DNA of 41,675 bases from Octopus bimaculoides (GCF_001194135.2 NC_068984.1:137602299-137643973); one strand, 5' to 3'; shown: positions 1-10,910, numbered from the stretch's first letter. Program-made: numbers and translations. Notes: a model not told the origin generated them from the letters alone.

Positions 1-172
1 AAATGTATTCTCTCCCAAGAATTATATCACAAAGGAGGAAGAAAGATGAGATATAAGAGGTGAGGTTCCGTTTGGTATTTTGCATTGTACTATACCTCGT
101 AGAATTCTTAATTTGATATATTTATACATAATTTCCTCGGTACTCCGGAATCCGTCCATGCCTTGCCACAAT

Positions 173-176
<4 letters not shown>

Positions 177-211
<35 letters not shown>
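177..211. repeat. (GT)n microsatellite
   Basis: Direct reading of the sequence. Confidence 0.95.
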
Positions 212-214
<3 letters not shown>

Positions 215-215
215 C

Positions 216-605
216 GGAGGCGCAATGCCCAGTGGTTAGGGCAGCGGACTCGCGGTCGTAGGATCGCGGTTTCGATTCCCAGACCGGGCGTTGTGAGTGT
301 TTATTGAGCGAAAACATCTGAAGCCTTACGAGGCTCCTGCAGTGGGATGGTGGCGAACCCTGCTGTACTCTTCCACCACAACTTTCTCTCACTCTGTCAT
401 CTTGTTTTTGTTGTACCTGCATTTGAAAGGGGGCCAACCTTGTCACAATCTGTGTCACGCTGAATCTCCCCCCACTCCGAGAACTACGTTAAGGGGGTAC
501 ACGTGTCTGTAGAGTGCTCAGCCACTTGCACGTTAATTTCACGAGCATGCTATTCTGTTGATCAGATCAAATGGAACCCTCGTCGTCGTAACCGACGGAG
601 AGCCA
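216..605 (+). mobile_element. SINE family A, full length (tRNA-like head, ...GTCGTAACCGACGGAG tail)
   Basis: A-box-like TG-CCCAGTGGTT and B-box-like GGTTTCGATTCC; near-identical copies at 10519, 25972 and 26913. Confidence 0.9.
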
Positions 606-611
606 TGATAT

Positions 612-890
612 ATATAAAACTTAGATATGTTTCAACCAAATATTGGTCCAGGCCTTTTCTAACTTAACAGCACCACCCGATAGGATTATCTAAATCTTTT
701 TAAAGTCAAGTTTTGTGGTATCATGGTCCACTCGAGTAGGGAGTTCTTGTTGAGTGAGTTGTATCCAGGTACAGGTGGCATATCTGGTATTTCTTTTAGA
801 AATTTGTCCAGATTCCTTTTCCTCTTTGATCTGTTTTGGAACTATGTTAAATAGGGCAGGGCCTGTTGAGGAAAAGAAATTGTGATGCAG
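612..890 (-). mobile_element. 3' end of CR1/L2-group LINE ORF2 plus 3' UTR, frameshifted
   Basis: Minus-strand translation HNFFSSTGPALFNIVPKQIKEE, frameshift, then KRNLDKFLKEIPDMPPVPGYNSLNKNSLLEW. This matches the GPxLFNxLP...LDxFLxxIPD.P...GY...NSL C-terminal motif. Confidence 0.7.
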
Positions 891-987
891 TGGCTAATTG
901 TGTTGTAGTGGCTAAAGTTAATATAATATTAGATGGCCACGGCTAGAACGACTATGATCATAGATTTTCATAATCAGGATTGAGCTA

Positions 988-989
<2 letters not shown>

Positions 990-1025
<36 letters not shown>
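990..1025. repeat. (TA)n microsatellite
   Basis: Direct reading. Confidence 0.95.
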
Positions 1026-1027
<2 letters not shown>

Positions 1028-1339
1028 CATATAGCGCAAATAACTACTATATCCATAGGGCTATGTGTATGTGCATGCGTCTGTATGTGTGTGTGTGTGT
1101 GTGTGTGTGCAAAAGATTGACTGTGACTTCGAAGTTTTGCCTTAGTTACGTTAGTCAGACTATAGGTATTGAGAGATCCTTTACGTATTTCACTGTTTTC
1201 CTATGTATGTGTGTGTGTATATGTGGGTGTGTATATATATTTACGCATGTGTACATATACGTGTGTGTATGCATATATATGTATATCTATATGCGTATAT
1301 GAGCGTATATGAATAACATATAGTAAATACCGCCCCAGC

Positions 1340-1432
1340 CACCCAAAAAACGAAAAATGAACAAAAAAAAACAACAACGCGAGGACGTGGTACATGCGAA
1401 ATATTAGCAGACGCTCAAGGAAGGAAAGAAAG
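1340..1432. repeat. Fragment of an interspersed repeat shared with 17560-17647 (PLE-associated family)
   Basis: Shared AGGACGTG...ATTAG..GACGCTC...GAAAGGA pattern in both places. Confidence 0.5.
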
Positions 1433-1569
1433 GATATATATACAAATATATATATATCTTAATATATATATATGCGTCACGTGGAGAAGTTTATTTTAAT
1501 TTTAAGGCAGTGAATGTGTATATATCTATATATATACACATACATTATATTAAAAGCTACTACTAGACG

Positions 1570-1661
1570 TAAATGCCTCACGCTGTGTGGGACTCTAAAA
1601 GTCAAAACTACTTATTAAAGTAGTTTTGACTTTGAGAGTCCATTACAACGTGAGGCATTTA
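1570..1661. repeat. 92-bp imperfect palindrome (hairpin or tiny MITE)
   Basis: Paired arms: 1570-1582/1649-1661 (13 bp), 1590-1596/1635-1641 (7 bp), 1598-1613/1618-1633 (16 bp); loop ATTA. Confidence 0.9.
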
Positions 1662-1823
1662 AGTGGAGAAATAACCCTTAATATACTGGATGTATTTGTA
1701 AAGGGAATAATTAGATATTTTGTATAACTTTTTCCCTTAACTGTTTTTTTTCACGCTGGCTACTTGATAAATTCTTATATAGATTTTATTCTTATATTTA
1801 ATTATATAAATATATATATCTTA

Positions 1824-1873
1824 TCTTCGAAACGTCTTGTTAGAATAGAGGCAGCTGACGAAGGATTAATTTC
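1824..1873 (+). ncRNA. Candidate permuted minimal hammerhead ribozyme core
   Basis: GAAAC-GTC (1829-1836), stem I TTGTT/GGCAG with three G-U pairs, CTGACGA (1855-1861) followed by AGGA. Confidence 0.4.
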
Positions 1874-2801
1874 AAGTGGCTATCTGTTTTCCTATGTGTT
1901 CGTTCCGTGGTCTGTAGTTCATTGTTCTAACGTCCTGTACCCTGATATGCATCTATATACACATGTAGATGTAAGTATATACATATATGTGTGTATACAT
2001 GCATATATATTCTTCGTATTATATATAAATATATATATGTTTGCATGTATGTATGCACACGCACACACACACACACAAAGTCATATAAATGTTAATTTAT
2101 TATTATATACATACACACATACATAATTCAAAAATAACTTACCCGACTGTATTCTTTAAAAACCGTGAAAAACGTCGAACCACTGGTGTTCTTTTCTTTG
2201 TAAATCAATTGTCGATGTTGTTGATGTTGCTGTTTCTGACGTTTAAAAATATCTGAGATGAGGAATATCTGTGATGTCAAATGTACAGCCCGACCTGGTC
2301 GTTTGGGCGTCTGCTCAGAAAAAAAACAAAAACAATCCAAGCTCGATAGTAAGCAACAGGCTAGTGTAAATCCCTTAGGTATAAGTAATAAGTCAAATTT
2401 ATAAGGAACGTCAAGTTTATAAGGAAATACAAGTGTGTAAAATCTGACGACGAGAAGAGATTAAAATAATACAGAAATTAAGTATAACGTACGTCGAAAG
2501 AATTTAGAATAGTGTGAGTTGAGAAAGTTTAAATGAGGACTTGGAGTCAGAATATCGGTCGGTTAGTGGTGGTTGGTGATGACAGATAAATAAGAGGGAG
2601 GTGCAATGAGAAATATATAGTGACTGATACGAGTGAGAGAAACTGCTATTGAAAGGACAAGACAGTGGAAATTGAAGCAGGCTAAGAGTGATATTTGTAA
2701 CTTAACTAGGTCTCTGCTCTGGTTGTAAGTTAATAAAATATTATTTACATACATGCGTACATACATGCATACATTGCATACATACATACATACATACATA
2801 C

Positions 2802-3105
2802 ATACATACATGCGTATATACACAAACATATACTCAAATATACACACATGCATACATGCGTATATACACACACAAACATATATTCAAATATACAGACATA
2901 CATACATGCGTATATACATACACAAACATATACTCAAATATACATACATACATACATGCGTATATACATACACAAACATATACTCAAATATACAGACATA
3001 CATACATGCGTTTCTATATACACAAACATATACTCAAATATACACACATACATACATGCGTATATACATACACAAACATATACTCAAATATACATACATA
3101 CATAC
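2802..3105. repeat. 50-bp period minisatellite, 6 copies
   Basis: CACAAACATA recurs at 2821, 2871, 2921, 2971, 3021 and 3071. Confidence 0.95.
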
Positions 3106-3268
3106 TCTTATGCTCTTTTTCTCTTTTACTTGTTTCAGTCATTTGACTCCGGCCATGCTGGAGCACCGCCTTTAGTCGAGCAAAGCGACCCAGGACTTAT
3201 TCTTTGTAAGCCTAGTACTTATTCTATCGGTGTCTTAGGCCGAATCGCTAGGTTAGGAGGACGTAAAC

Positions 3269-3557
3269 TGTGGTGTGTGCGTACGAGTAGATGTAATCGC
3301 CTTACCTCGGTTTTCCTTTCCTCGACTGCGAGTCTGTCTTGCGGTATCCAATCCTTGAAGCTTGCCCCGCCCCAAAGTACACCAGGAATAGCAGCTGCCT
3401 CTCCCAAACCCAGACCGTCGCTTAACACGTCTTGTCCTGACCACAACCCCGTTCGAAAAAGGGCACGAATGCCGATCGAGGCTCCCTCTGCCCTTTTTCC
3501 CCTTCCGGTCAACTCGCCCTTCCGGTCAGCCTCCCCAGACACTGACGTCATACCACA
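3269..3557. mobile_element. Solo LTR-like insertion, 289 bp
   Basis: TGTGGT...ACCACA termini, 5-bp TSD TAAAC (3264-3268 and 3558-3562); absent from the other B copies. Confidence 0.8.
3300..3550 (-). promoter_or_regulatory. Motif cluster in the solo LTR: CRE, 2x ETS, GC box, splice donor
   Basis: TGACGTCA 3543-3550; TGACCGGAAGGG at 3517-3528 and 3500-3511; GGGGCGGGGC 3364-3373; GAG|GTAAGG at 3306/3305. Motif match only. Confidence 0.45.
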
Positions 3558-3653
3558 TAAACGAACCAGCATCGCGATATTGGGAGGACAAACACAGACA
3601 CACAAACACAAACACAAACACACACGCACACACACACAGACACACACACAGAC

Positions 3654-3686
<33 letters not shown>

Positions 3687-3830
3687 AATATTTATATATA
3701 TACGACAGGCTTCTTTCAGTTTCCGTCTACCAAATCCATTCACAAGGCTTTGGTCGGCCCGAGGCTATAGTAGAAGACACTTGCCCAAGGTGCCACGCAG
3801 TGGGACTGAACCCGGAACCATGTGGTTGGT

Positions 3831-4035
3831 ACATACGCACGTATACATTCATACATTACATGCGTACATACATACACATACACACAAATATACATAGATA
3901 CATACATGCATGCATTTACATACATACATGCGTACATATATACATATACATACACACAAACATACATACATACATACATACATACATACATACATACATA
4001 CATACATACATACATACATACGTACGTACGTACGT
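3831..4035. repeat. (TACA)n-rich compound microsatellite
   Basis: Direct reading. Confidence 0.9.
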
Positions 4036-4242
4036 ATGTACCGGCATGCATGTTTGCCGAGCTGGTGAATAAGCTTCTAAGCGGCCATTGCACATGCTAG
4101 AAATAGCAGTAATACTTCAGTCACTCCCACCCTGTTTATAGTTGAGAAAACAAATCGTGTTTCTCACTGTTAGGAAAGAACAATAATAACAAATTCACTG
4201 GGTCATCTGTTCGTGTGTGTCTAAGTGCGTGCGCGAGCGATT

Positions 4243-4243
<1 letters not shown>

Positions 4244-4309
<66 letters not shown>

Positions 4310-4316
4310 TGTGTGT
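4244..4316. repeat. (GT)n microsatellite
   Basis: Direct reading. Confidence 0.95.
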
Positions 4317-4410
4317 CTATAGAAACGACTGCGTAAAATGTTTTACTCGCTAGTGTTGAGTCTATGCACGCCCGCGCATACATACAGCGCCATACCTGCG
4401 TTTCTTTTCT

Positions 4411-4635
4411 GCTATAACCTCAGGCTAACCAAAGCTCTGTGAGTGGAGTTGGTAGATGGAAACTGAAAGAAAAGCCCGTCTTATATGTATGTGTGTGGGG
4501 AGGGTGGCATTTGTCCTCCACCATCGCTTGACGACCGATGTTGCTGTATTTGCGTCGCCCTAACTTAGAGGCTCGGCAAATGAGACCGATTAAATAAGTA
4601 CCAGGCTTTAAAAAGATAAATAGTGGGCTCAATTC
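4411..4635 (+). mobile_element. SINE family B, 5'-truncated, diverged
   Basis: Similarity to the other B copies in the window. Confidence 0.75.
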
Positions 4636-4928
4636 ATTCTACTGTGAAATATAAAAAAAATTTTTTTCCAGCTTATCGTACTTCGATACGAAAATAAAAA
4701 AAAATTAATTAAAGTTAAAATGAGGTTAACGCTTAAAATTAAAATTAAAATTTAGTGTCCATAGCGCTAATGGAAAAACTATAGGCATATGTAGTCCCTG
4801 TATATACTGAGAGAATATTTAATGCTGTTCATTTAATAACTGTATAAACGGTTATGTAAGTGAAAGTGTTAGATAGGTAAAATGTCCAAGCTAGATGTTA
4901 GTGATAACCAGGCGTGTTGCTTTTTTTT

Positions 4929-5375
4929 TTATATACTTTGACCTATGGAATAATTTGAAGGAGTTAAAGAATTTGTGTGTACAAGTGGTGAATGCTTCGT
5001 GCTGCTTATTAAGTAACAGTGTTGGGTTATGTAACGATATATGCATGGATTCATACGGCAAATCCCGCAAGTAGCACGCTGTCTCTGGTATAGGAGACCA
5101 GAATCAAATATGTACCAGAACAAATTGTAAGGATTTTTTTCGTAAGGTGATGCACGTGGTAAGCTAGAGAGGTAGATTTGCTGTGCTCTTCACACTTAAA
5201 CGAATTTAAATGGGCCGAATATCTATACTTGAAATCAATTGTGGATCCAATATAGTACCTAGTAGAATTATGAAGAGTGTTAAGAATCATGCATTTGTAA
5301 ACAACGTTAAACCTTCTGCAATGGGTTTGCAGTGAGCATTCATTCCTAGATTTGAAGTTGCAACTAAGTCTATCT
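4929..5375 (-). mobile_element. Penelope-like element remnant 1: Cys linker plus GIY-YIG endonuclease
   Basis: CNFKSRNECSLQTHCRRFNVVYKC...YYIGSTIDFKYRYSAHLNSF...STSLA, then with frameshifts YNLFWYIF...CGICRM and ESMHI...LLNKQHE...CTH. Confidence 0.85.
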
Positions 5376-5629
5376 GGTACTTAGGGGTTTGCTGTAGGTG
5401 GATTGTATGCTGTACTATTAGAGGGCATGCTAATGTTTAGGGTAGTGTTCTCCGGTCCGCTCCCAGAGTTATCACTACTATGTATAACATTTGTACCTAT
5501 AATGTGTTGATTAATAAATGAGACCATGGATATTTTAGATTCCTGGGAAATATTAAAAGTAGTAGTATTCCGATGGTTTGTCTCTGAAGGTCCATTTTAC
5601 AGTGACTGGTGCTCGAGACATTGTTGCTA

Positions 5630-5683
<54 letters not shown>

Positions 5684-6180
5684 GTGAGAGAGCAGCGCAT
5701 GCCATCAAAGTGACACTGGGGTACAAATATAGAAAACCCAATAAACGCACCATGACTACCTGTCTGATAAGGGTTCACCAGGCACATGCATCACAACCAT
5801 ATGTGCACGACATGGTGATCTCATATCAAGATAAACAGTGCATGACCTCGCAGGTGGGGCCCAGTTAGAATTTTCTTCAGGTCGAGTAGCCCATACCTCT
5901 CAAAAGGTCCCTGAATATGGGTTGTTTAAGGATGTTGAACGAAACATCCATGTTTCCAGAGGTGAATTATTTAAACCCCAAAGAATTCTTCTCATCACAT
6001 GGCTATGATGCTCCTCCACTACTTCTGCTCATGATCAAAGATGTGCCTATCGTCAGCCGCCAAGAGACATGCTCTACTGGTTAAGGTCAAGCAACTGACA
6101 AACAAATCTGTGGTATTGAGCAGAATATTTGCTGTAGCCCATCTTTTATACCAAGACAAAACATGTACATAACACTTTGA
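5630..6180 (-). mobile_element. Unclassified retroposon-like segment ending in an (AAT)n tail
   Basis: Non-coding segment of higher GC abutting (ATT)n at 5630-5682; family not identified. Confidence 0.4.
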
Positions 6181-6199
6181 TGCTCAAAATAATTATTAC

Positions 6200-6732
6200 A
6201 ATCACCAGGACGGCTGTTAGCCAAAGAAGTTGGACGTGTTACGTAAGATTAATTTTGAGGTCTGATTAAAGACTTTGCGATTAAGAAGGTAGAAAACTTT
6301 TTAAATATACAAAAATTTACGTTAATTTTCATCTTACTGTTAGTTTTGTTTCATTTAAAAAAATAAAAATATATTTTATAGTTTATTATCGTTTATTATT
6401 TATTATAGTTTATTATTGTTTATTATTATTGTTTATTATTGTTTATTATTGTTTATTATTGCTTATTATTGTTTATTATAGTTTATTATTGTTTATTATT
6501 TATTATAGTTTATTATAGTTTATTATTGTTTATTATTGTTTATTATTTATTATACTTTATTATTGTTTATTATTGTTTATTATTTATTATACTTTATTAT
6601 TGTTTATTATTGTTTATTATTTATTATAGTTTATTATTGTTTATTATTGTTTATTATTTATTATAGTTTATTATTGTTTATTATTTAAATCTTTTAAGTG
6701 TTTAGGGCTCTGTGGGTTTCGGCCCGGCTCTA
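6200..6732 (+). mobile_element. hAT-family remnant (dimerisation-domain C-terminus and 3' end) with an internal AT-rich minisatellite
   Basis: KINFE(D)LIKDFAIKKV after a 1-nt deletion; shares TACTGTTAGTTTTGTTTCATTT and AAATCTTTTAAG with 24951-25650. Confidence 0.55.
6376..6688. repeat. (GTTTATTATW)-type AT-rich minisatellite
   Basis: Direct reading. Confidence 0.9.
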
Positions 6733-7175
6733 ATATCGTCGCTTATTTCAAACTGCTACGCGTGTTATCGGTCGATATCTGTCCAATAGACAAATCATGG
6801 TTTTATATATATATATCTGTTCAAGGTGCCATACATCCTCAGCCACTAATGCAATAATGAGTCGAACATATGCATATTCGTGCAGGAATTTATACGAATG
6901 TAAATGATTGCTGTTGTGTGAGTGTGTGAATTTTTGTTAAATCAAGCGAAAGCACAAGAAATATCAGTGAAACAACGAAATCTGAACATTAGTGAAACGT
7001 AGAGAGATGACTACAGACAGTCTTTAAAATACTGGTTTCTAAAAGTTGTACAAGACTACAATCGCTATATTGTGCACTAATACAATGGTTTTCAAACCTG
7101 TTTGGCGGGGAATCCTAATGTGGAACCCAAACTTACACATAGCCTTAACCTCCGCCACCCTAATTTTATTGAGAT

Positions 7176-7788
7176 GTTCTTTTCTACTGTAGGCACAAGG
7201 CTCGATATTTTGGGAGAGAGGGCCAGTCGATTAGATCGACCCCAGTACGCAACTGGTACTTAATAATTTATTGACCCCGAAAGGATGAAAGGCAAAGTCG
7301 ACCTCAGCGGAATATGAACTCAAAACGTAAAGACAGACGAAATACCAATTTCTTTATTGCCCACCAGGGGCTAAACATAGAAATCGACAGAACAACTGAT
7401 GGGATCAGTAAATTGGTATGATTTTACATGAAATATGACTTTTGAAAATTAAATAAAATATTTAAAAAATCGAATGAAATTAACAATACAGGGACAATAC
7501 AAATGAAGCGATGATCAGGCCACGCTCCCACCCCACAAGCCCCGATCTATCGCTGGTATCAGTTTTTGTTGTTGTTGTTTTTTTGCGTCTATTCACACGG
7601 TTCCTTGCACGCACAACACTCGTGCAACATGCTTCCATCTCTTTTGGAACGTACACTCCGATAGACATCTCTTCTCCAGCCGCACCTTCCTTTTTCAAAT
7701 GAAAAGTAAAAAAAATGATCGTAAAGACAGACGAAATACCGCTAAGCATTTTGTCCAGTGTGCTAATGTTTCTGCTAGCTCTCCGCCT
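7176..7788 (-). mobile_element. SINE family C (tRNA-like head, Meta-like central domain), split by an insertion
   Basis: Perfect 15-bp TSD TAATTTTATTGAGAT (7161-7175, 7789-7803). The central GACTTTGCCTTTCATCCTTTCGGGGTC..TAA resembles the Meta domain as I recall it. Confidence 0.9.
7347..7719 (-). mobile_element. 5'-truncated L1/Tx1-like LINE (ORF2 C-terminus plus 3' UTR)
   Basis: KRKVRLEKRCLSECTFQKRWKHVARVLCVQGTV* (7694-7593); 21-bp TSD at 7326-7346 and 7720-7740; tail TAGCCCCTGGTGGGCAATAAAGAAATT. Confidence 0.75.
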
Positions 7789-7845
7789 TAATTTTATTGA
7801 GATATTAAATAAAACAATTTCTTGAGAGAAAGGATTTATTTATAT

Positions 7846-8103
7846 CAGTGGTTCTCAACCACTTTTGTCGGTTGAACTTTTTGATTCCTATTTTATTATA
7901 CTGGACCCTCATAGCCATTCAGTAGTTAAAAAAAACAACAACAACAACAAAAACTATTATATTTTTATAATTAAATATTTAGAATTGTGTAAAAAAAAGA
8001 AGATCAAAAGATTTTCTGTATTGTAGAAAAACAATTTATTGCAGATAAATACTAACAACGTGGACCTCCCAACGGTCATATGGACACCAGTTGAGAAACC
8101 TTA
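7846..8103. mobile_element. hAT/Charlie-type MITE
   Basis: CAGTGGTTCTCAAC ... GTTGAGAAACC termini; 8-bp TSD ATTTATAT / ATTTATAC. Confidence 0.8.
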
Positions 8104-8124
8104 ATTTATACGTAGGAGCAAGCA

Positions 8125-8283
8125 TGGCTGTGTGATTAAGACATTCACTTTGCAACCAAGTGGTTCCATTGCACAGCACCTGAAGCAAGTGTCTTCTACT
8201 ATAGCCTTGGGTCGGTCAGTGCCTTGTGAGTGAATTTGGCAGACGGAAGCTGTGTGGAGAGCTTTCGTGTATATGTGTATATG
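8125..8283 (+). mobile_element. SINE family B, 5' part, interrupted by a mariner
   Basis: Head GGCTGTGTGATTAAG and body similarity. Confidence 0.7.
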
Positions 8284-8285
8284 TA

Positions 8286-8622
8286 TTGGGTCATCCCATA
8301 AATAATGCAGTTTTTTTCAATTGCATTAACTAAAAGTCGGACGGGGACGGGATAAACTATTTGGATCCACTGGTAGTAATTTAACCTTGTCCGTATTGTT
8401 AGTGCAGTTCGATTTTAACAATTATTTTTCAAAGTTATAATGGAAGTGACAAAGGAGCATATTCGGCATATTTTGCTTTATGTGTTCAATAAAGGCAACG
8501 ACGCAACGGAAAGTGCGAGGAATATTAATGTAGCATACGGGGATCGGACAATAAGCGTAAGCCAGTGTCAACGGGGTTCCAGAAATTCCGAGCCGGAAAC
8601 TACAGCCTAGAAGACGAGCCTC
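8286..8622 (+). mobile_element. Mariner remnant: 5' TIR and transposase N-terminal HTH
   Basis: TA|TTGGGTCATCCCATAAATAATGC; ATG at 8440 gives MEVTKEHIRHILLYVFNKGNDATESARNINVAYG...CQR, frameshift, FQKFRAGNYSLEDEP. Confidence 0.9.
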
Positions 8623-9675
8623 TATTCTCAAAAGTATGCCCAGTGCACAGATTACAGTACGATAACATGATTCTACACTTTGTAAGCCTAATAACAAAGA
8701 TGACGTGTCATGAAATAAATCAAATTCTCGATGCAATTATGTTACTTCACAATGAGGCTGATCGTCTGCACCAAAGTGTCATTCAGTAAAGCAACAGTCA
8801 CGATAAATGTGTTTTACGAACTGGGGAAGCAAAGAATAGAAACAATTGAAATGTAATTCTTAAGGAAGTGTTTCAAGGAAAGATAAAGATCTTTCCTTCT
8901 ACTTTACGGAACATATTTGACTGGTAATGATTGTTGATACTGGTTAATGACATCCAGAGAGTATATTTACAATAATTTATTTAATGTCTCTTCAATTTTG
9001 CTAATAAACGCTTATGTAAGTATGTATGTATCTATGCATGTATACACAATTATAATTATATACACATGAATAGATGCATGTATAGATACACACACGTGTA
9101 CACACACACACACATATATGACCTTTTAACAGCTGCTAAGAAGTAAACAACGGCAAAGGTATAAAGAAGCCATAAAAGATTTGAAAAACAGTGAAGAGGC
9201 CGTTAATCGACGGATGGCTTTCAGTTGTGTGGTGGCTGGGGGAAGCTAAATAATAACGATGTGCAACGGTTGTATATGAATGGTAAGAATTTTGGGTAAG
9301 GCTGCATGTGATAAGCTGAGAAGGCTGTTTGACAAAAAGCTGAGAAAGGCTAAGTGTTGCATGGTTAATCATTTCCGGAAGCATTGAAAGAAATGGTCGC
9401 CAGAGATAGTTGATACTTATAGATTTTATTCAACTGTTACGAAATTTTTCAAAACTACGACGAGTTGGAAATAAATACTCGTCAATCTTGACAGAGAATC
9501 TCTTGTAGTCGTAGAGTCCTGCTACTAAGTTTTGTGGAAGGAGAAAACAAGAGAAAGAGAGAGGGGAGCAGGGAGAGAAGTAGAAAGAGAGGGATAGAAA
9601 GAAAGTTAATGCTCTGAAAGTTACTGAGAAAAGATAATTGTTTTCTACAGGTAATTCGAATTTGTTACCTGCTGA

Positions 9676-10002
9676 GACCCCCTTCGGACATGACTGACCA
9701 TGGGAATGTACCTAGAAAGTTACCCTTCCAGGCACAAATCCGGAAAAGGTTGTTTTATGGGAAGCCAGCAGTCGCCCATGCATACCGGCCTCCTCTCTCC
9801 ACGCCACCAGTGTTATCCAAGGGAAAGGCAAAGGGGCCGATACAGCTTGGTACCTGTGACGTTGCAACTCATTTCTACAGCTGAGTAAACTGGAGCAACG
9901 TGAAATAAAGTGTCTTGCCCAAGAACACAACACGCAGCCCGGTCCGGGATTCGAACTCACAACCTCACGATCGTAAGCTCGATGCTCTAACCACTGAGCC
10001 AT
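9676..10002 (-). mobile_element. SINE family E (tRNA head, CORE-like domain)
   Basis: TGGCTCAGTGGTTAGAGC...GTTCGAATCC, then CTTGGGCAAGACACTT...CTCAGCTGTAGAAATGAGT; second copy at 13518. Confidence 0.9.
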
Positions 10003-10518
10003 TGGATGAGTTATCTAAACTAAAGTCTGTCTCAGCTACGATGGTGGCGAATTTGAATAGTTACACTAATGAATTCTGAGTGCGGATTCCAAGAACAATC
10101 AAGAAAAGCACGATAACCGAGGTTTCGATTCTTAGTTGCAAATTCATTATGTATCTGGTACAAGCATTTGGAGATGGGCAAGAGAGAAAACTTGAATATA
10201 AATTGATCTTCTCAAAATTAGAATTTAAAAAAAGCTGTTAATGAGAAAAAGTTTGGCATCAGAAGAAAGTAATCGATAAAATAAGAAATCAGTTAACAAT
10301 CGGCTGAAACCAGTTAACAATCTACAGCGTTATGAAGTGACAGTTAATAATAGTCATTCCGGTTCCTCGTTAGGAAGCTACAGATTCATCCTGAAGGAAA
10401 ATGTGGAATGAGAAAAATGAGTTTAATCTAGCTGCTATGTGGCTTGAAGACATTCAAAGAAATATTCTCCCCTAGTCACACCAATAGCAAATACTATGCA
10501 GTATCAATGATTGGTGAT

Positions 10519-10910
10519 GTTGTTGTTGTTATTGCCATTCCGTCGGTTACGACGTCGAGGGTTCCAGTTGATCCGATCAACGGAACAGCCTGCTCGTGAA
10601 ATTAACGTGCAAGTGGCTGAGCACTCCACGGACACGTGTACCCTTAACGTAGTTCTCGGGGATATTCAGTGTGACACAGTGTGACAAGGCTGACCCTTTC
10701 AATGACAAGCACAACAGATACAGGAAGTAAGAGTGAGAGAAAGTTGAGGTGAAAGAGTACAGCAGGGTTCGCCACCATCCCCTGCCGGAGCCTCGTGGAG
10801 CTTTAGATGTTTTCGGTCAATAAACACTCACAACGCCCGGTCTGGGAATCGAAACCGCGATCCTGTGACCGCGAGTCCGCTGCCCTAACCACTGGGCCAT
10901 TGCGCCTCCA
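10519..10910 (-). mobile_element. SINE family A, full length with (CAA)n tail
   Basis: 14-bp TSD CAATGAT(T/G)GGTGAT at 10505-10518 and 10911-10924. Confidence 0.95.

Larger units (their letters stand above)
3112..3830 (-). mobile_element. SINE family B (internal microsatellite), head-truncated, interrupted by a solo LTR
   Basis: Matches B copies at 13056, 22500, 23362, 29089 and 35336 (GGCACCTTGGGCAAGTGTCTTCTACTATAGCC...GGATTTGGTAGACGGAAACTG). Confidence 0.9.

Noticed and set aside
2440-2510. CTGACGACG...CGTCGAAAG as a hammerhead
   Set aside because: It needs a 2-nt deletion in the core, and stems I and III cannot be formed.
2480-2745. Very degraded CR1/L2-like ORF2 fragments here and at 9136-9400
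   Set aside because: Only scattered residues match; too weak to call by eye.
2802-3105. Regularly spaced repeats resembling a CRISPR array
   Set aside because: The whole 50-bp unit is repeated, there are no unique spacers or cas genes, and the context is eukaryotic.
2753-4100. HT/YI/CV-rich ORFs, including the 279-aa ORF 2848-3687
   Set aside because: Translations of microsatellites, a SINE and an LTR; no protein signal.
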